Assembly: GCA_038087875.1 (NCBI GenBank)
Contig: CM075989.1
Location: forward strand, 21,268,001-21,332,000
Length of the DNA: 64,000 nucleotides
Origin: Malacoraja senta
Taxonomy: Eukaryota
Direction of reading: 5' to 3'
Below are positions 46,862 to 59,635 of this stretch, piece by piece; the first letter of the stretch is position 1, and the number at the start of each line of letters is the position of its first letter. Position numbers and translations under genes: made by a program. Below the pieces are notes generated by a model. The model worked only from the letters and a program-made list of their open reading frames with translations. It searched no databases and was not told the DNA's origin.

Positions 46862-46993
46862 GGTCTGAAGAAGGGTTTTGGCCCGAAACGTTGCCTATTT
46901 CCTTTGCTCCATAGATGCTGCCTCACCCGCTGAGTTTCTCCAGCACTTTTGTCTACCTTCAATTTTCCAGCATCTGCAGTTCCTTCTTAAACT
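46862..46993 (+). mobile_element. PLE terminal unit (second subfamily); hammerhead motif at 46865-46892
   Basis: GGT-CTGAAGA-A-GGGTT-TT-GGCCC-GAAA-CG-TT-GCC. Confidence 0.8.
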
Positions 46994-47316
46994 TAGTCAA
47001 GTCAAGTCAAGTGAGTTTATTGTCATGTGTCCCTGGTAGGACAATGAAATTCTTGCTTTGCTTGAGCACAACAGAACATAGTAGGCATTTACTACAAGGC
47101 ATTCTATAAATATATACACAATGGTCAATATACTGATAAAGTGTGCAAATATTTGCAAATATTACACCTTATTGGTGTAATATTGTAATATTGGGGGTGA
47201 ATTTTAATTTTGAAAAATATTAAAGATTTGCTGGTATATGGGGCGCATAAGCTTGCATTGACAGAATAGCTTCAACATTTTTGTTCACTATTTAACACTT
47301 TAACAGCTTTCACAGC

Positions 47317-47583
47317 GTAAGAATAAGGGGCAGGCCATTTAGGAATGGGATGAGAAAAAACGTTTTTACCTGGTGAGTTGTGAATCTGTGGAATTCTCTG
47401 CCACAGAGGGCAGTGGAGGCCAATTCACTGGATGTTTTCAAGAGAGATAGTTAGATTTAGCTCTTAGGGCTAACGGAATCAAGGTGATATGGGGAGAACG
47501 CAGGAACGGGGTACTGATTTTGGATGTTCAGCCTCGAAGGGCCGAATGGCCTACTCCTGCACCTATTTTCTAAATATCTATGT
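47317..47583 (+). mobile_element. CR1-clade 3' fragment
   Basis: GAATCTGTGGAATTCTCTGCCACAG...GGCCGAATGGCCTACTCCTGCACC. Confidence 0.85.
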
Positions 47584-47731
47584 AACATGACATAATATCC
47601 TAAATGCTTCAGTGAACTATAATCATCCCTGTTATCCATTAGATAATTAGTGTACACGGCATATCAAGTAGTACACAAAATAGTGTTTACTTACCTGGAG
47701 GAGTTCTGCTCCAACAACACCCAAAACGTCA

Positions 47732-48038
47732 GCGGCATGGTGGCACAGTGTTAGAGTTAAAGTGCCAGAGACCCCGGTTCAATCTTGACTACGGGTGCTG
47801 TCTGTATGGAGTTTGTACGTTCCCCCCGTGAACTCGTGGGTTTTCCCCGGGTGCTGCGGTCTCCTCCCACACTCCAAAGTCGTGCAGGTTTGTAGGTTAA
47901 TTGGCTTCAGTAAGGATTATAAATTGTCCCTAGTGTGTAGGATACTGCTAGTATTCGGGGATCGCTGGTCGGTGGGCCAAAGGGCCTGTTTCCACAATGT
48001 ATCTCTAAACTTAACCGAACTAAACTAAACTAAACTAA
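47732..48038 (+). mobile_element. V-SINE
   Basis: V-domain, tail, (TAAAC)n. Confidence 0.85.
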
Positions 48039-48849
48039 AATGAAGAGGGGTCTTGACCCGAAATGTCACCTATTCCTTTTCTCCAGAGATGCTTTGACCC
48101 GCTAAGTTACTTCAATATTTTGTGTCTATCTTTGGTTTAAACCAGCATCTGCAGTTTCTTCCTAAACTAAAGTTTAGGTCAAGATAGATACTAAAAGCTG
48201 GAGTACCTCAGCGGGACAGGCAGCATCTCTGGAGAGCAGGGATGGGTGGCGTTTGGAGTCGAGAGCCTTCTTACGTTTAGCTCATTTGGAAGAAAGTAGT
48301 CTGACCTCATCCACCACCCACCACCGTGGCTGCAGTCTATGCCACTGACAAAATACTGCAGTCTTGAGCAACTTTTTCCAGTCTGGAACGAAGATACAAG
48401 TTGTACCATCAAGAAGATGAACGGGCAGAGGAGCAGAGGACCTTGCAATCTCCCCTCCAAGGAGCCTGAGAATCATTTCCTCCAGCTTCAAGAACAGCCT
48501 GTCTTCCAAAAAACCATCAAAGCCTTGAATCAGCCTGCAACCCTCTGACCTACTTCAGCAGAGGTCTGCTGGGGCCTTTTTTATAGGGTCCACGATGTTC
48601 CTAGGCTTGCAATATTCTGCCTTGGTTACCTCATGCAGCCAAACATTTATTATATGATTGTTTCTTTTATTTATTTGCTGAGTTGTTGTGTTAAAGTGCC
48701 CCTAAAGCTGCAGCGTGGAAGAATTTCATTGTTCTGTCCATGGCACATATACTGTATCATTAAAAACTGAAGTGAACGAGACTAAACTTAACTAAACTAA
48801 ACTAAACTAAACTAAACTAAACTAAAGTGAAATAAAAACTAAACTAAGG

Positions 48850-49210
48850 GCACATTTATAGAAAGGAGGTGTGGAGGAGTTTCTTTAGTCAGAGGGTGGA
48901 GAATCCAGTTATTCTAGTCCACATGGTATGAAGTTGTTAATAAGTTCATGCGGTAGGAGCAGAATTAGGCCATTCGGCCAATTAAGTCTACTCCGCCATT
49001 CAATCATGGCTGATCTATCCCTCCATCCTAACCCCAATCTCCTGCCTTCTCCCCATAACCTCTGACACCCGTACTAATTAAAAATCTATCTATCTCTGCC
49101 TTAAAAATATCCATTGACTTGGCCTCCGCAGCATTCTGTGGCAAAGAATTCCACACCCTCTGATAAAAAATATGTTCTCGTCTCCTTCCTAAAGAAATGT
49201 CCTTTAAATC
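48850..49210. mobile_element. CR1-clade fragments (mainly 48940-49210 minus)
   Basis: QRVWNSLPQNAAEAKSMDIFKAEIDRFL. Confidence 0.8.
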
Positions 49211-49403
49211 TGAAGTTGCTGCTGCTTCATGTGATGCCACTGATTCCATTAGCAACCCACAGCTGGAAAACATCCACACTCCAAATTTCCTCCCACACTC
49301 CAAAGATGCGCAGGTTTGTAGGTTAATTGGCTTCCGTAAATTGCCTTTAGTATGTAGGATAGAACTAGTGTCCAGGTGATCGCTGGTCGGTGCGGTCTCG
49401 ATG

Positions 49404-49609
49404 ACCCTTCCTTGGTCATCTGTTGCCGACCCAGTCCTGGCCTTTGCCGACCTCTAGTTCCCTCCACTCTACATTCAGTCTGAAGAAGGGTTCTGACCCA
49501 AAACATCACCCATCCTTTTTCTCCAGAGATGCTGCCCGACCCGCTGAGTTACTCCAGCATTATGTGTCTATCTTTGGTATAAACTAGCATCTGCAATTCC
49601 TTTCTACAC
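49404..49609 (+). mobile_element. PLE 3'UTR/terminal fragment between V-SINE pieces
   Basis: CAGTCTGAAGAAGGG...GATGCTGCC..CCCGCTGAGTTACTCCAGC...CTACAC. Confidence 0.78.
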
Positions 49610-49654
49610 AGGTTTGCAGGTTAAATGGCTTCTGCAAATTGCCTCGAGTGTATA

Positions 49655-50060
49655 TCCGTGGATTGTCACCTTGTTGTGGTGGAGAAGCTTGTGTGGTCCT
49701 GAGATCCTGAGATCCTGAGAGCGATGTCGTCTGGAGCTATTCTCCCAGTAGGGCCACCCATGGCGGTATGGCCAATCCAACCAAGACCTCAACGGTGGAA
49801 CAGGCAGAGGATGACGGGTGACCTTAGTGGAGCGTCACTACGGCTAGGAAGGCGGATGAAGGCTGCAGCAGAAAAGGGTCTCCGGTCGTCTTGGACTCCA
49901 TGCCACTGGATCCTGACCCAGATCTGTCAAGGACCGTGGGGTGGCTGTACGTGCACCAGTCTCCCCACGTTAAACAAAGTCACGCAAAGACGTCCTCCAT
50001 ATAGGCAATAGCCACCCTGGAGACACCCATGGTCAGCCATGACCAAAGGGGGCCTAAAAA
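49655..50060 (+). mobile_element. RTE-clade (Expander/BovB-like) 5'UTR-derived non-coding element
   Basis: CACCTTGTTGTGGTGGAGAAGCTTGTGTGGTCC...GAGCGATGTCGTC...GTAGGGCCACCCATGGC resembles RTE 5' ends (from memory); inserted in a SINE tail. Confidence 0.55.
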
Positions 50061-50696
50061 GTAGGGTGCAAAAGTGGGATAACAGAACTAGTGTACGAAT
50101 GATGGAATCGATGGGCCGAAGGGCCTATTTCCACCCTGTATCTCTAAACTAAAATAATGTATTGTACCTTTCATCAACGGTTTTGTTAGAGAAATTAGTG
50201 TTCTAATAAGTCTGTTGGCACACATTTGTTCACTTCTCATTAACGCTTTGTTTTGATTATGTTTAATTTAAAACTTCTTTTAATTATCTTTCAGGAAGCA
50301 ATCTATCACTGCATACCTTACCATAAACCTTTATGATCTTAAAGGGCACAGGAATTGACCTCTCACTCATCAACCTTCACAACTCAGCTGGTAGATGGTA
50401 AAGATAATAATTCCAGCAAGATGACGTCTGAAGCCACAATGGTTACAGGAGTGTTTTTTTTTAAAATAAAATAAACTGAATATAAGGAGAGAGAATGGAC
50501 GAAAACAGGGGGTTAGTATGTGTAAAAAAAAGCAGACAATGTATCAAAAACCCTTTCAAAAATGTGTAGAGCACAGCTGATATTTTCTCTAAAAAATAAT
50601 ATTATGGCTCCATAGCTACGATAATAATCAGAATCATTGTACGATAAGTATTGTGTATGTTCTATTTTATCGGATTTTGTTCAAAATGGAAATTGT

Positions 50697-51400
50697 TTAG
50701 ACAATAGACAATAGGTGCAGGAGTGGGCCATTCGGCCCTTCGAGCCAGCACCGCCATTCAATGTGATCATCGCTGATCATCAACAATCAGTACCCCGTTC
50801 CTGCCTTCTCCCCATATCCCCTGAGGGCAGAATTCACTAAAGTTTCTTGCTATCCAAAGTTTAACAATGTTCATGAAACACCACAAACATCCACAGACAC
50901 CAGTGGTGGAGGCAGATATGAGAGAGGCATTTAAGAGGCTTTTGAATAGGCATGTGGATATGCAGGGAATGGGGAGATATGGATAGATGTCTTGCATCAG
51001 TCTTCACGGTGGAAGACACCAGCAATATGCCTGAAATTCAAAAAAAAAATCTTGATTAGTACGGGGGTCAGGGGTTATGGGGAGAAGGCAGGGGAATGGG
51101 GTTTGGATGGAGAATTAGATCAGCCATGATTGAATGGCAGAATAGACCTGATGGGATGAATGGCCTAATTCTGCTCCTACCACTTATAAACATATGAATG
51201 TGTGGGCTGAGGAGGTTAATTTAACTTGGCATTATGTTCAGCGTGGTTATGGTAGAGAAAAATGCTGGAGAAACTCAGCGGGACAGGCAGCATCTATGGA
51301 GAGAAGGAATAGGCGACGTTTCGGATCGAGACCCTTCTTCAGCGTGGTTATGGTGGGCCAAAGGGCCTGGTCCTGTGTTGTACGTTGTATCTACTACGTT
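50697..51400. mobile_element. CR1 fragments with a nested PLE unit (51255-51342; hammerhead motif 51315-51342 minus)
   Basis: Duplication TTCAGCGTGGTTATGGT flanks the PLE unit. Confidence 0.75.
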
Positions 51401-51610
51401 CTACGGTGTAAGCTCATCAGCAAAGCTCCAGTCATGTTATGGTACATAAACCACAGTGGGCAGAGCAGTGGCACAACCAGCAGAGTGGCTTCTTCACAGC
51501 CCTAGCGATCCCCAACATGACCCATGTGCAGTGTGAACTATCTCCCCATGACCACATGATCCAAGTCACTTTAGTTGAGTTTAGTTTAGAGATACAGTAC
51601 AAAAACAGGC

Positions 51611-51773
51611 ATCAATACGGTGGTTTAATTACTCCTGAAACATTAAACTTGGTGAAAATCGAATGAGTTATTCCTTTTATTATAACATCAATTTTGACAT
51701 TATTTTAGGACGTTGGAATAACTATAACAATTTACCTGGTAGTCATGCAACATACATTCCCAATTATAGAGTC
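51611..51773 (-). repeat. 163-bp inverted copy of unique sequence 10726-10888
   Basis: Reverse complement aligns end to end with scattered substitutions. Confidence 0.9.
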
Positions 51774-51774
51774 T

Positions 51775-52065
51775 AGTTTAGTTTAGTTTAGAAATACAGC
51801 GCGGAAACAGGCCCTTCGGCACACTGAGTCCGCGCCGACCAGCGATCCCCGCACACTAACACTACCTCACACACTGTAGGAACAATTTACACTTACACCA
51901 AGCCAATTAACCTACAAACTTGTAGGTCTTTGGGAGGAAACCGAAGACCTCAGAGAAAACCCACGCAGGTGACGGGGAGAAGATACAAACTCCGTTTTAA
52001 ACCCGGGTCTCTGGCGCTGCAAGTGCTTTCAGGCAGCAACTCTACCGCTGTGTCACTGTGCCGTC
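51775..52065 (-). mobile_element. V-SINE
   Basis: All modules, with small deletions. Confidence 0.85.
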
Positions 52066-52359
52066 CCTCAAGCCTCTGAAGGGAATCGATGGGAATGTGA
52101 AAAAAATAAAATGGAGACTGGAACTGCAGGCACTGGAATCTTGAGCGAAACACAAAGTGCTGGAGTTACTCAGCAGGTCAGGCAGCATCTGTGGAGGACA
52201 TAGATAGTTGACGTTTTGTCTAAGACCCTTCTTCAGACTGATTTGAAGGAGGTGGGAGAAAACTGGAAGGGAAGAGAACCCAGCTCACTTGCTGCTTTCT
52301 CTTCCCTCCTACAATCAGTCTGAACAAACATCCCAACCTCAGATGTTGCCTGTCCACGT

Positions 52360-52790
52360 TCATAAGTCAATAAGTTATTGGAGCATAATTAGGCCAGTCG
52401 GTTCATTAAGTCTCTTCCGCCATTCAATCATGGCTGATCTATCTTTCCCTCTCAATCCCATTCTGCTTTCTCCCCGTAACCCCTTGCTAATCGAGAACCT
52501 GCCAATCTCCGCCTTAAAAATATCAAATGTCTTGGCCTCCACAGCCTTCTGTGGCAACGAATTCCACAGATTCACCACCCTCTGACTACATAAATTCCTC
52601 CTCATTTCCTTTCTAAAGGTGTGTCCTTTTATTCTGAGACGATGTCCTCTGGTCCTAGTGGAAACATCCTCCCACTAGTGGAAACATCCTCTCCACATCC
52701 ACCCTATCCAGGCCGATAACTATTCGGTAAGTATCAATGAGGCCCCCGCTCATCCTCCTTCTAAGCTCCAGCGAGTACAGGCCCAGTGCA
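52360..52790 (-). mobile_element. CR1-clade 3' fragment
   Basis: ALGLYSLELRR...RVDVERMFPLVG; SQRVVNLWNSLPQKAVEAKTFDIFKAEI. Confidence 0.88.
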
Positions 52791-54234
52791 TTGCAGGCCC
52801 ATGTTCTCCAGAGATGCTGCCTGACCCGCTGAGTTACTCCAGCCATTTATGCTGTTTTTTAGCTCAAGGTTCCAGCATCTGCAGTCTCTTGTCTCAACTG
52901 TTGACACACCTTAGTCAGGCTAGCCACAAATGAGGCTGCAACACTGGCATTTTGCTGAACAAAGTCAAACTAATTATGTGAGGTGAATAATTGGACAATC
53001 CTTGATCTTCCATTTTAGTTCATTCAATTATACAGCAGAAAGGAAACTGTCTTTACAAGTATTTCTGAAATTGCAGCCTTGTCCCAGCTCCCAGCGAAAA
53101 GTTGGATTGATTGTCCATTAGTTACTACTTTAAAGATCAGTGCAGTCAATTTAAAAGAAATGCATGAAGCTGCCCCGTGGAAGCACCTGCCCTGTTAAAA
53201 TTTAAAGAACAAAGTTTAATTGATTATCAATTCATTATCACTTTACAAGTCAGAACAGTAATCGAGGGCTACAACAAATCACTTTGGATACACTTGCAAC
53301 ACAAATCAGCTCAGATATGCTGGGAGATAAATGGATAAACACATATACTTTCTCTTTAAGGTGTGGCAATTAGGCTATCGATTTTGAACAATGTCTTCTA
53401 AATTATGCAATGGGCTTCATCTTATGTTTTAATTAACTTGACAGTGTATAAAATCAATCATCAGATGCCAACACACTGTGCGACTCCGTTAAGAAATCTG
53501 AAGGTACACATTTTAAAGCGTCGATCTTTATTCAAAGGAATTTTGGGGGAAAAAAACCTTGTTTAGCTTCTGACTGGTCACACACAAAAAAATAATGTCC
53601 CGACTGCTTTGAGTGTTCTGTGGAACAGCTGGGCCTTGTCTGTGGTTGAAAGAAAAACTTTGGTTCTCCCCAGATCCTCAAAGCGTGTACGTTGTAAATT
53701 AAGCACAAGTGATATGTTTGAGAACATTTACACAAAAAGGCTGCTGTTATGTGCTAGATTTTAACATTACTAATATGGCATTAATAATGGCAAGCGCTAC
53801 ATAGCACTAGGCTGAGCGTGTGGAAACCTTACAGTTACAAGATATCCTTCAGTTCAGCTGGATGTAATTTTAGCAGAGCAGATGTGATTTTGGGAGCCTT
53901 GATCTTATAATTGATTACTGATGTTCGAGTCCTGTCTCATGCACCGCCCCCACACCCCCTCCCTGCAGTAAAGAGGTTTGCAGTTTATTTGTGGTACTTT
54001 CCTGAAAGCCATCCTGTGACCTGTAAATTTCCCAGCTGTTAGCCAGATGCCAGGGAGATGAATAACATGAATATTCCAAAGACTTCTCGAAGAAACGGAG
54101 AGGAAATCGTCCTTTATTTAAAAGTCCTGCTTCTCATTGGGACCCTTATATCAGCCCAATGACATTTCCAACACTGGGTATTCTTTAATGCACATGTTGC
54201 ATTAGTCAGTCCAAGTGCAGTTGAGAGGCCCAGA

Positions 54235-54768
54235 ACTTAACCAGAGGACATAGGTTTAAGGTGGGGGGGGAGAGATTTAATAGGAACCTGAGGGGTAACC
54301 TTGTTCACACTACGAGCGGTGGATGCATGGAAACAGCTGCCGGAGGAGGTAGTTGAGCCAGGTTTATTATTGCAACGCATAAGAAACATTTAAGATGGAT
54401 ACAAAATGCTGGAGTAAGTCAACGGGACAGGCAGAAGCTCTGGAGAGAAGGAATGGGTGACGTTTCTGATCGAGACCCATCTTCAGTCTGAAGTTGGGTC
54501 TCGACCCGAAAAGTCACCCGTTCCTTCTCTCCAGAGATGCTGCCTGTCCCGCTGAATTACTCCAACATTTTGTGTCTATCTTTGGTGTAAACCAGCATCT
54601 GCAGTTCCTTCCTACACATATGAGAAACATTTAGACAGGTACATGGATAGGACAGGTTTAGAGGGATACGGGTCAAATGCTGACTAGTGTAGATGGGACA
54701 TGTTGGACGATGTGGGCAAGTTGGGCCAAGGGGCCTGTTTCCCCGCTGTTTGACCCTCTGACTCTATA
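54235..54768 (+). mobile_element. CR1-clade 3' fragment containing a PLE fold-back (54393-54620)
   Basis: TSD AGAAACATTTA (54382-54392, 54623-54633). Confidence 0.85.
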
Positions 54769-54836
54769 ACTAGGATGATAAACTCAAAATAAGGTGTTAC
54801 CGTTCAGAGAGGGGAAGAAATGTATTTGTATTCAGA

Positions 54837-54864
54837 CTGAAGAAGGGTCTCGACCCGAAACGTC
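54837..54864 (+). ncRNA. Minimal hammerhead ribozyme motif (PLE unit 54831-54961)
   Basis: CTGAAGA-A-GGGTC-TC-GACCC-GAAA-CG-TC-ACCC. Confidence 0.72.
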
Positions 54865-54964
54865 ACCCATTCCTTCTCTCCAGAGATGCTGCCTGCCCCG
54901 CTGAGTTACTCCAGCATTTTGTGTCTACCTTCGGTTAAAACCAGCATCTGCAGTTCCCTCTTAA

Positions 54965-55295
54965 AAGCCCTGTCCCACGGTACGAGTTCATTCCAAGAGC
55001 TCTCCCGAGTTTGCCCTGATTCGAACTCGGAGATTTACGGTAATGGCCGCTCGTCGGTACTCGGGGCTCTCGTGGACATTTTTCAACATGTTGAAAAATC
55101 TTCACGAGTCTTCCCGAACTTACCTGCCGTTAGCGAGTCTTCCCGAGTACCTGCCGTTAGCGTTACGAGCCGCTAAGAGACGTCCCCGAGCTCCGACGTA
55201 CCCGCTACGTTCATTCTCCGTGCTTACCACGAGTTTGATTTTTTTTTAAACTCGTGAGAGCTCTTGGAATGAACTCGTACCGTGGGACAGGGCTT
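54965..55295. mobile_element. MITE, PIF/Harbinger-type
   Basis: TIR AAGCCCTGTCCCACGGTACGAGTTCATTCCAAGAGCTCTC (40 bp perfect); TAA TSD. Confidence 0.9.
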
Positions 55296-55494
55296 TAACA
55301 CATTTCCTCCTAACTTCTACACTCAGACTGAGGGATCTCAGAGATGCAGATAAATCTGAATGTGGTAAGTACCAAGATGTCACCCAGAGAAAGTCATCGT
55401 CTAAGGCCCTCCACAACTGCTCCTGCCCAATGGCCAAAGAGCTACTCCCAATAACATTATGTGGATTCCATCCACAGAGGTACAAACTCTACTA

Positions 55495-56345
55495 CAATAT
55501 AAAAACAGGGATATAATGCTGAGGCTTTATAAGGCACTGGTCAGACCGCATTTGGAGTCGAGCTGAACTTTTTTTTCCTTGTTTATTATACTGTTTAGAG
55601 AGTACTGCGTTTACATATTCTCTTGTGCTGCTGCATGGAAGAACTTAATGATTCTACCTGGGACATTTGACAATAAAACACTCTTGACTCTTAAGTATTG
55701 TGAACAGTTTTGGGTCCCATATCTGGGGAAGGATGTGCTGGCATTCACGAGGGCCCAGAGGAGGTTTAGGAGAATGATCGCAGGAATGACTGGGTTAACA
55801 CAAGATGAGCGTTTGACGGCACTGGGCCTGTACTCGCTGGAGTTTAAAAGAATGAGGGAGGACCTCATTGAAACTTACCGAATAATGAAAGGCCCGGATA
55901 GAGTGAATGTGGATCGGATGTTTCCACTAATGGGAGAGTCTAGGACCAGAGACCACAGCCTCAGAATAATAGGACGTACCTTTAGAAAGGACTTGAGGAG
56001 GAATTTCTTTAGTCGGATGGTGGTGAATTTGTGGAATTCATTGCCACAGACGTCTATCGAGGCCAAGTCAATGGCCATTTTTAAGGTGTAATTTAAAGGG
56101 TGTTCTTAATTAGCAAGGTTGTCATCGAATATGGGAGGAAGGCAGGAGAATGGAATTAATTGCCACAGAAGGCTGTGGGGGCCAAGTCAATGGATGTTTT
56201 TAAGGTGGAGATTGACTAATTCTTGATTAGGAAAGGTGTGAAGGGTCGTGGGGAGGAGAATGGGGCTGAGAGGGAAAGATAGATCAGCCGAGATTGAAAG
56301 GCGGAGTAGACCTGATGGGCCGAATGGCCTAAATCTGCCCCTAGA
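55495..56345 (+). mobile_element. CR1-clade LINE 3' portion with an internal LINE-tail insertion (~55560-55692)
   Basis: YCEQFWVPYLGKDV...LGLYSLEFKRMREDLIETYRIMKG...RMVVNLWNSLP. Confidence 0.9.
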
Positions 56346-57149
56346 ACTTAGGAACTGCACATCTGCTTCAAGCGAAATGCGGGGTGTGACATCTACCCCC
56401 TCACTTCATCATGTAACGACACCGCTTCAGAGAAACTGTGGGACATCCTTTCAAATTCACCTTGCCAACACTGCAAGCGGCCAACACACTGTCTGTGACA
56501 GGTATCATCCTTAGAAAGTGAGTGGTGAGAATGGACCTGTAATCCTACCTCTTCACTCCAAGATTGCATTAGTTATATCATTTCATCTCCTTGTCATTCC
56601 CATATTTATAATGGTGTTTTAATAGCTGCAAAGTACCACTATTATTCCAGGACTAATGTTAGTTTTTATTCATCTGCCTCTTTTGATGTGATGTAAGAAT
56701 ATATCATATTAAATATCATTATATGTTAATTCATTATGTGTTGTTTCTTTTCAAGAAAAACCTTGAAATTATGGTAATATGTGACGAGGGTAAGTTAATG
56801 AAATCATAAAAATGTAATGAACATACTGATCTTGCATCACTATAATTGTATGAAGGGTTCCAGGGCCATCTTCATATTAATTTGCAGCAAGCTCGCGTTC
56901 ATGATGTATGACTCATTTTACGGAGACTGAAGCAACTTTGCCGCTTAAGCAGGGTGCAGCTCGTGTACAAGGTTACTCAAGATGTAAATGCCACACTGAA
57001 GAATGGATTTACTTATCCTGTGTAATCTTGACAATGGATCAGGGGGGTCCAGCGGAAGCAGAGCACTTGTCATCGTTCTAAGGAGAGAAGCTGCCCTCGC
57101 CACTATAAAGGTGCACAAGATCATGGGAGGAACAGATCAGGTAAATGGG

Positions 57150-58577
57150 ACTGCGCTTGCGAGAGAGGTTGAGCAGGCTAGGGCTTTATTCCTTGGAGCG
57201 CAGGAGGATGAGGGGTGATTTTATAGAGGTGGACAAAAAGCATGAGAGGAATAGATCGTTTCAGGGTCGAGGTCCTTTTCAAGGGTCGCAACTCGAAACG
57301 TCACCTATTCCTTCGCTCCATAGATGCTGCCTCACCCGCTGAGTTTCTCCAGCATTTTTGTCTACCTTCGATTTTTCCAGCATCTGCAGTACTTTCTTAA
57401 ACAGAGGAATAGATCGGATAAACGCACAGAGACTTTTGCCCAGAGTAGGGGAATCGAGAACCAGGGGACATAGGTTGTTCATAGGCTTGATTGTGATCAT
57501 GCGTTGTCTTTCCGCTGACTGGATAGCACGCAACAACAGCTTTTCACTGGACCTCAGTACACGTGACAATAATGAATTAAACTAAACTAAACCATAGGTT
57601 TAAAGTGAGCGAGGAAAGATTTAATAGCAATCTAAGGGGTAACTTTTTCACACAAAGGGTGCTGGGTGTAAGGAACGAGCTACCGGAGAAGGTAGTTGAG
57701 GCAGGTACTATCGAAATGTCTAAGAAACATTTAGATAAGTGTTAATTATACCCAGATTAGAGAGGCTAGGACTCTAAAATTGAGTAAAGGGTTCAGGGCT
57801 GCTAGGCCATTTGGTCAATTTGAAAGTGCTTTCTGTAGAAATTGGACAAGCTGCAGAACGGTGCCAGTTTGTCTAGAGCCTCGATCTGAGCTGCAGTAAG
57901 AGAATGGGAACATCTGCAGACCTTGACAATTAGGTGCAAAATGCATAGAATGGATTGGATGAATGCAAACCAGACATACACCTTGTAAATAATTGTAAAT
58001 AATGTTGCAAAGCTTTACTTTGCTGAATGTTGATTGGATGAGGTATTGAGCCTTGTCTGGTTTTCTTGCATATCAGCGCAAATGTTGCGATGTTCGTTTC
58101 CTCTGAGAAACACTGTTTGAATACAATGTATTAGCCACTGTATTATTGGGTTAGGGAAATGTCTGTCATGTATGGGGTTAATCGATATCTGTAATTGGAT
58201 TGTAAAGAGACCACCCCCATGTGGTTCGGCCCCTTGAGGTCCGGGGACCTATAAAAGTCGCTGCCACGTGGTCCTGCGTCGATCTTCTGGGAGAGCGCTT
58301 GGGACTGCGTGACCTTCTGGAGTGTCTCTGTTTGAGCGAGGCCAAGAGGGCTTGATCAGGCAGATACAAGGATCGAACCCGCGGTGGTTAGGTATAGTAG
58401 TTGAACTGTAATTATGTTTTGTCAAAATAAAGGTGAATTGTGCAAGTGCTTGATTCAGTGGTTTTTGACTGAAACTACACTGGGGGGAAGCTTACAACGA
58501 GCTATTTACATAGGTACATGGATAGGATAGGTTTAAAGGGATATGGGACAAATGTAGGCAGGTGGGACTAGTGTAGG
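57150..58577 (+). mobile_element. CR1-clade fragment serially interrupted by a PLE (57259-57402), a LINE tail (~57478-57592) and a solo LTR
   Basis: RERLSRLGLYSLERRRMRGDFIEV; PLE TSD AGAGGAATAGATCG (57245-57258, 57403-57416). Confidence 0.8.
57740..58510 (+). mobile_element. Solo LTR (771 bp)
   Basis: TGTTAA...TTTACA termini; 4-bp TSD TAAG/TAGG inside the CR1 host; ATTGG box, TATAAAA at 58250-58256, AATAAA at 58426-58431. Confidence 0.85.
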
Positions 58578-58792
58578 TCTTCCAATGTATAGATCTCTCA
58601 TTCTCCGACCTTGCCTAGGATATAGGTGCCCAGGAGTGCGATGGCTTTCATAAGGCAATGGTACTCTTGAAGCCATTTGTGGAGTGTGTTGGTGTTGAGT
58701 TTTGCACCACCAATGTATGGGTTCACAGAAGAGTGTACGGCAACTGGAACATCCATCCAACGAGCGGAAAATGTCCAAAGGCCAAGCAAAGA

Positions 58793-59125
58793 GCGGCACG
58801 GTGGCGCAGCGGTAGATTTGCTGCCTTACGGCGCCAGAGACCCTGGTTCGAATCTGACTACGAGCCCTGTCTTTGGGGACTTTGTACATTCTCCCCATGA
58901 CCTGCGTGGGTTTTCTCCGGGAGCTTCGGTTTCCTCTCACACTCCAAAGGCGTACAGGTTTGTTGGTTAATAGGCTTCAGTTTAAAAAAATTGTAAAATT
59001 GTCTCTAGTGTGCAGGATACTGCTGGTGTACGGGGATCGCTGGTCAGTGCAGACACAGTGGGCCAAAGGGCCTGTTCCCCACTGTATCACTAAACTAAAC
59101 TAAACTAAACTAAACTAAACTAAAC
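58793..59125 (+). mobile_element. V-SINE
   Basis: A box TGGCGCAGCGG, B box GGTTCGAATC, tail. Confidence 0.9.
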
Positions 59126-59635
59126 AGAACTACCTGAGATTCAATGAATACCTGAAGAGTCCTTGAAAAAGACCACATGACATTAAAATATATTACATAA
59201 GCAAAAGATGGTCTCAGATATCTTCATGGACCAAATTTCACAACTGCCCCATCACCTTCTGAACAGAGAGGGGTCCCGACCTGAAACGTCACCTATCTAT
59301 TCCTGCCACGGATGTTGCCTGACCCGCTGAGTTACTCCAACACTTTGCATTTTGCTCAAGATTCCAGCATCTGCAGTTCCGAGTGTCACCTTTGAACGTG
59401 AGTCGGTTTGAGCTGATGTGACCTGAAAAGTTTGTTGTATACAAACTTGCAACAATGCCTCCAATGAGCTGTAGACTATCATGCCTCATTATTTCCTCGT
59501 GTCCCATCATGTATTCTCACCCACCTTCCACAGATATAGAAATGTTTCCTCTCGCTGTGTTTACTAACTGTGGGGAGTCACTCAAAGTAAAATATTAATT
59601 TATCAAGACATATCCATTGCTGAAGATTGACACTA

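Noticed and set aside
48783..48847. (TAAAC)n as a telomere-like repeat
   Set aside because: It is the standard retroposon tail repeat seen on the SINEs here, not TTAGGG.
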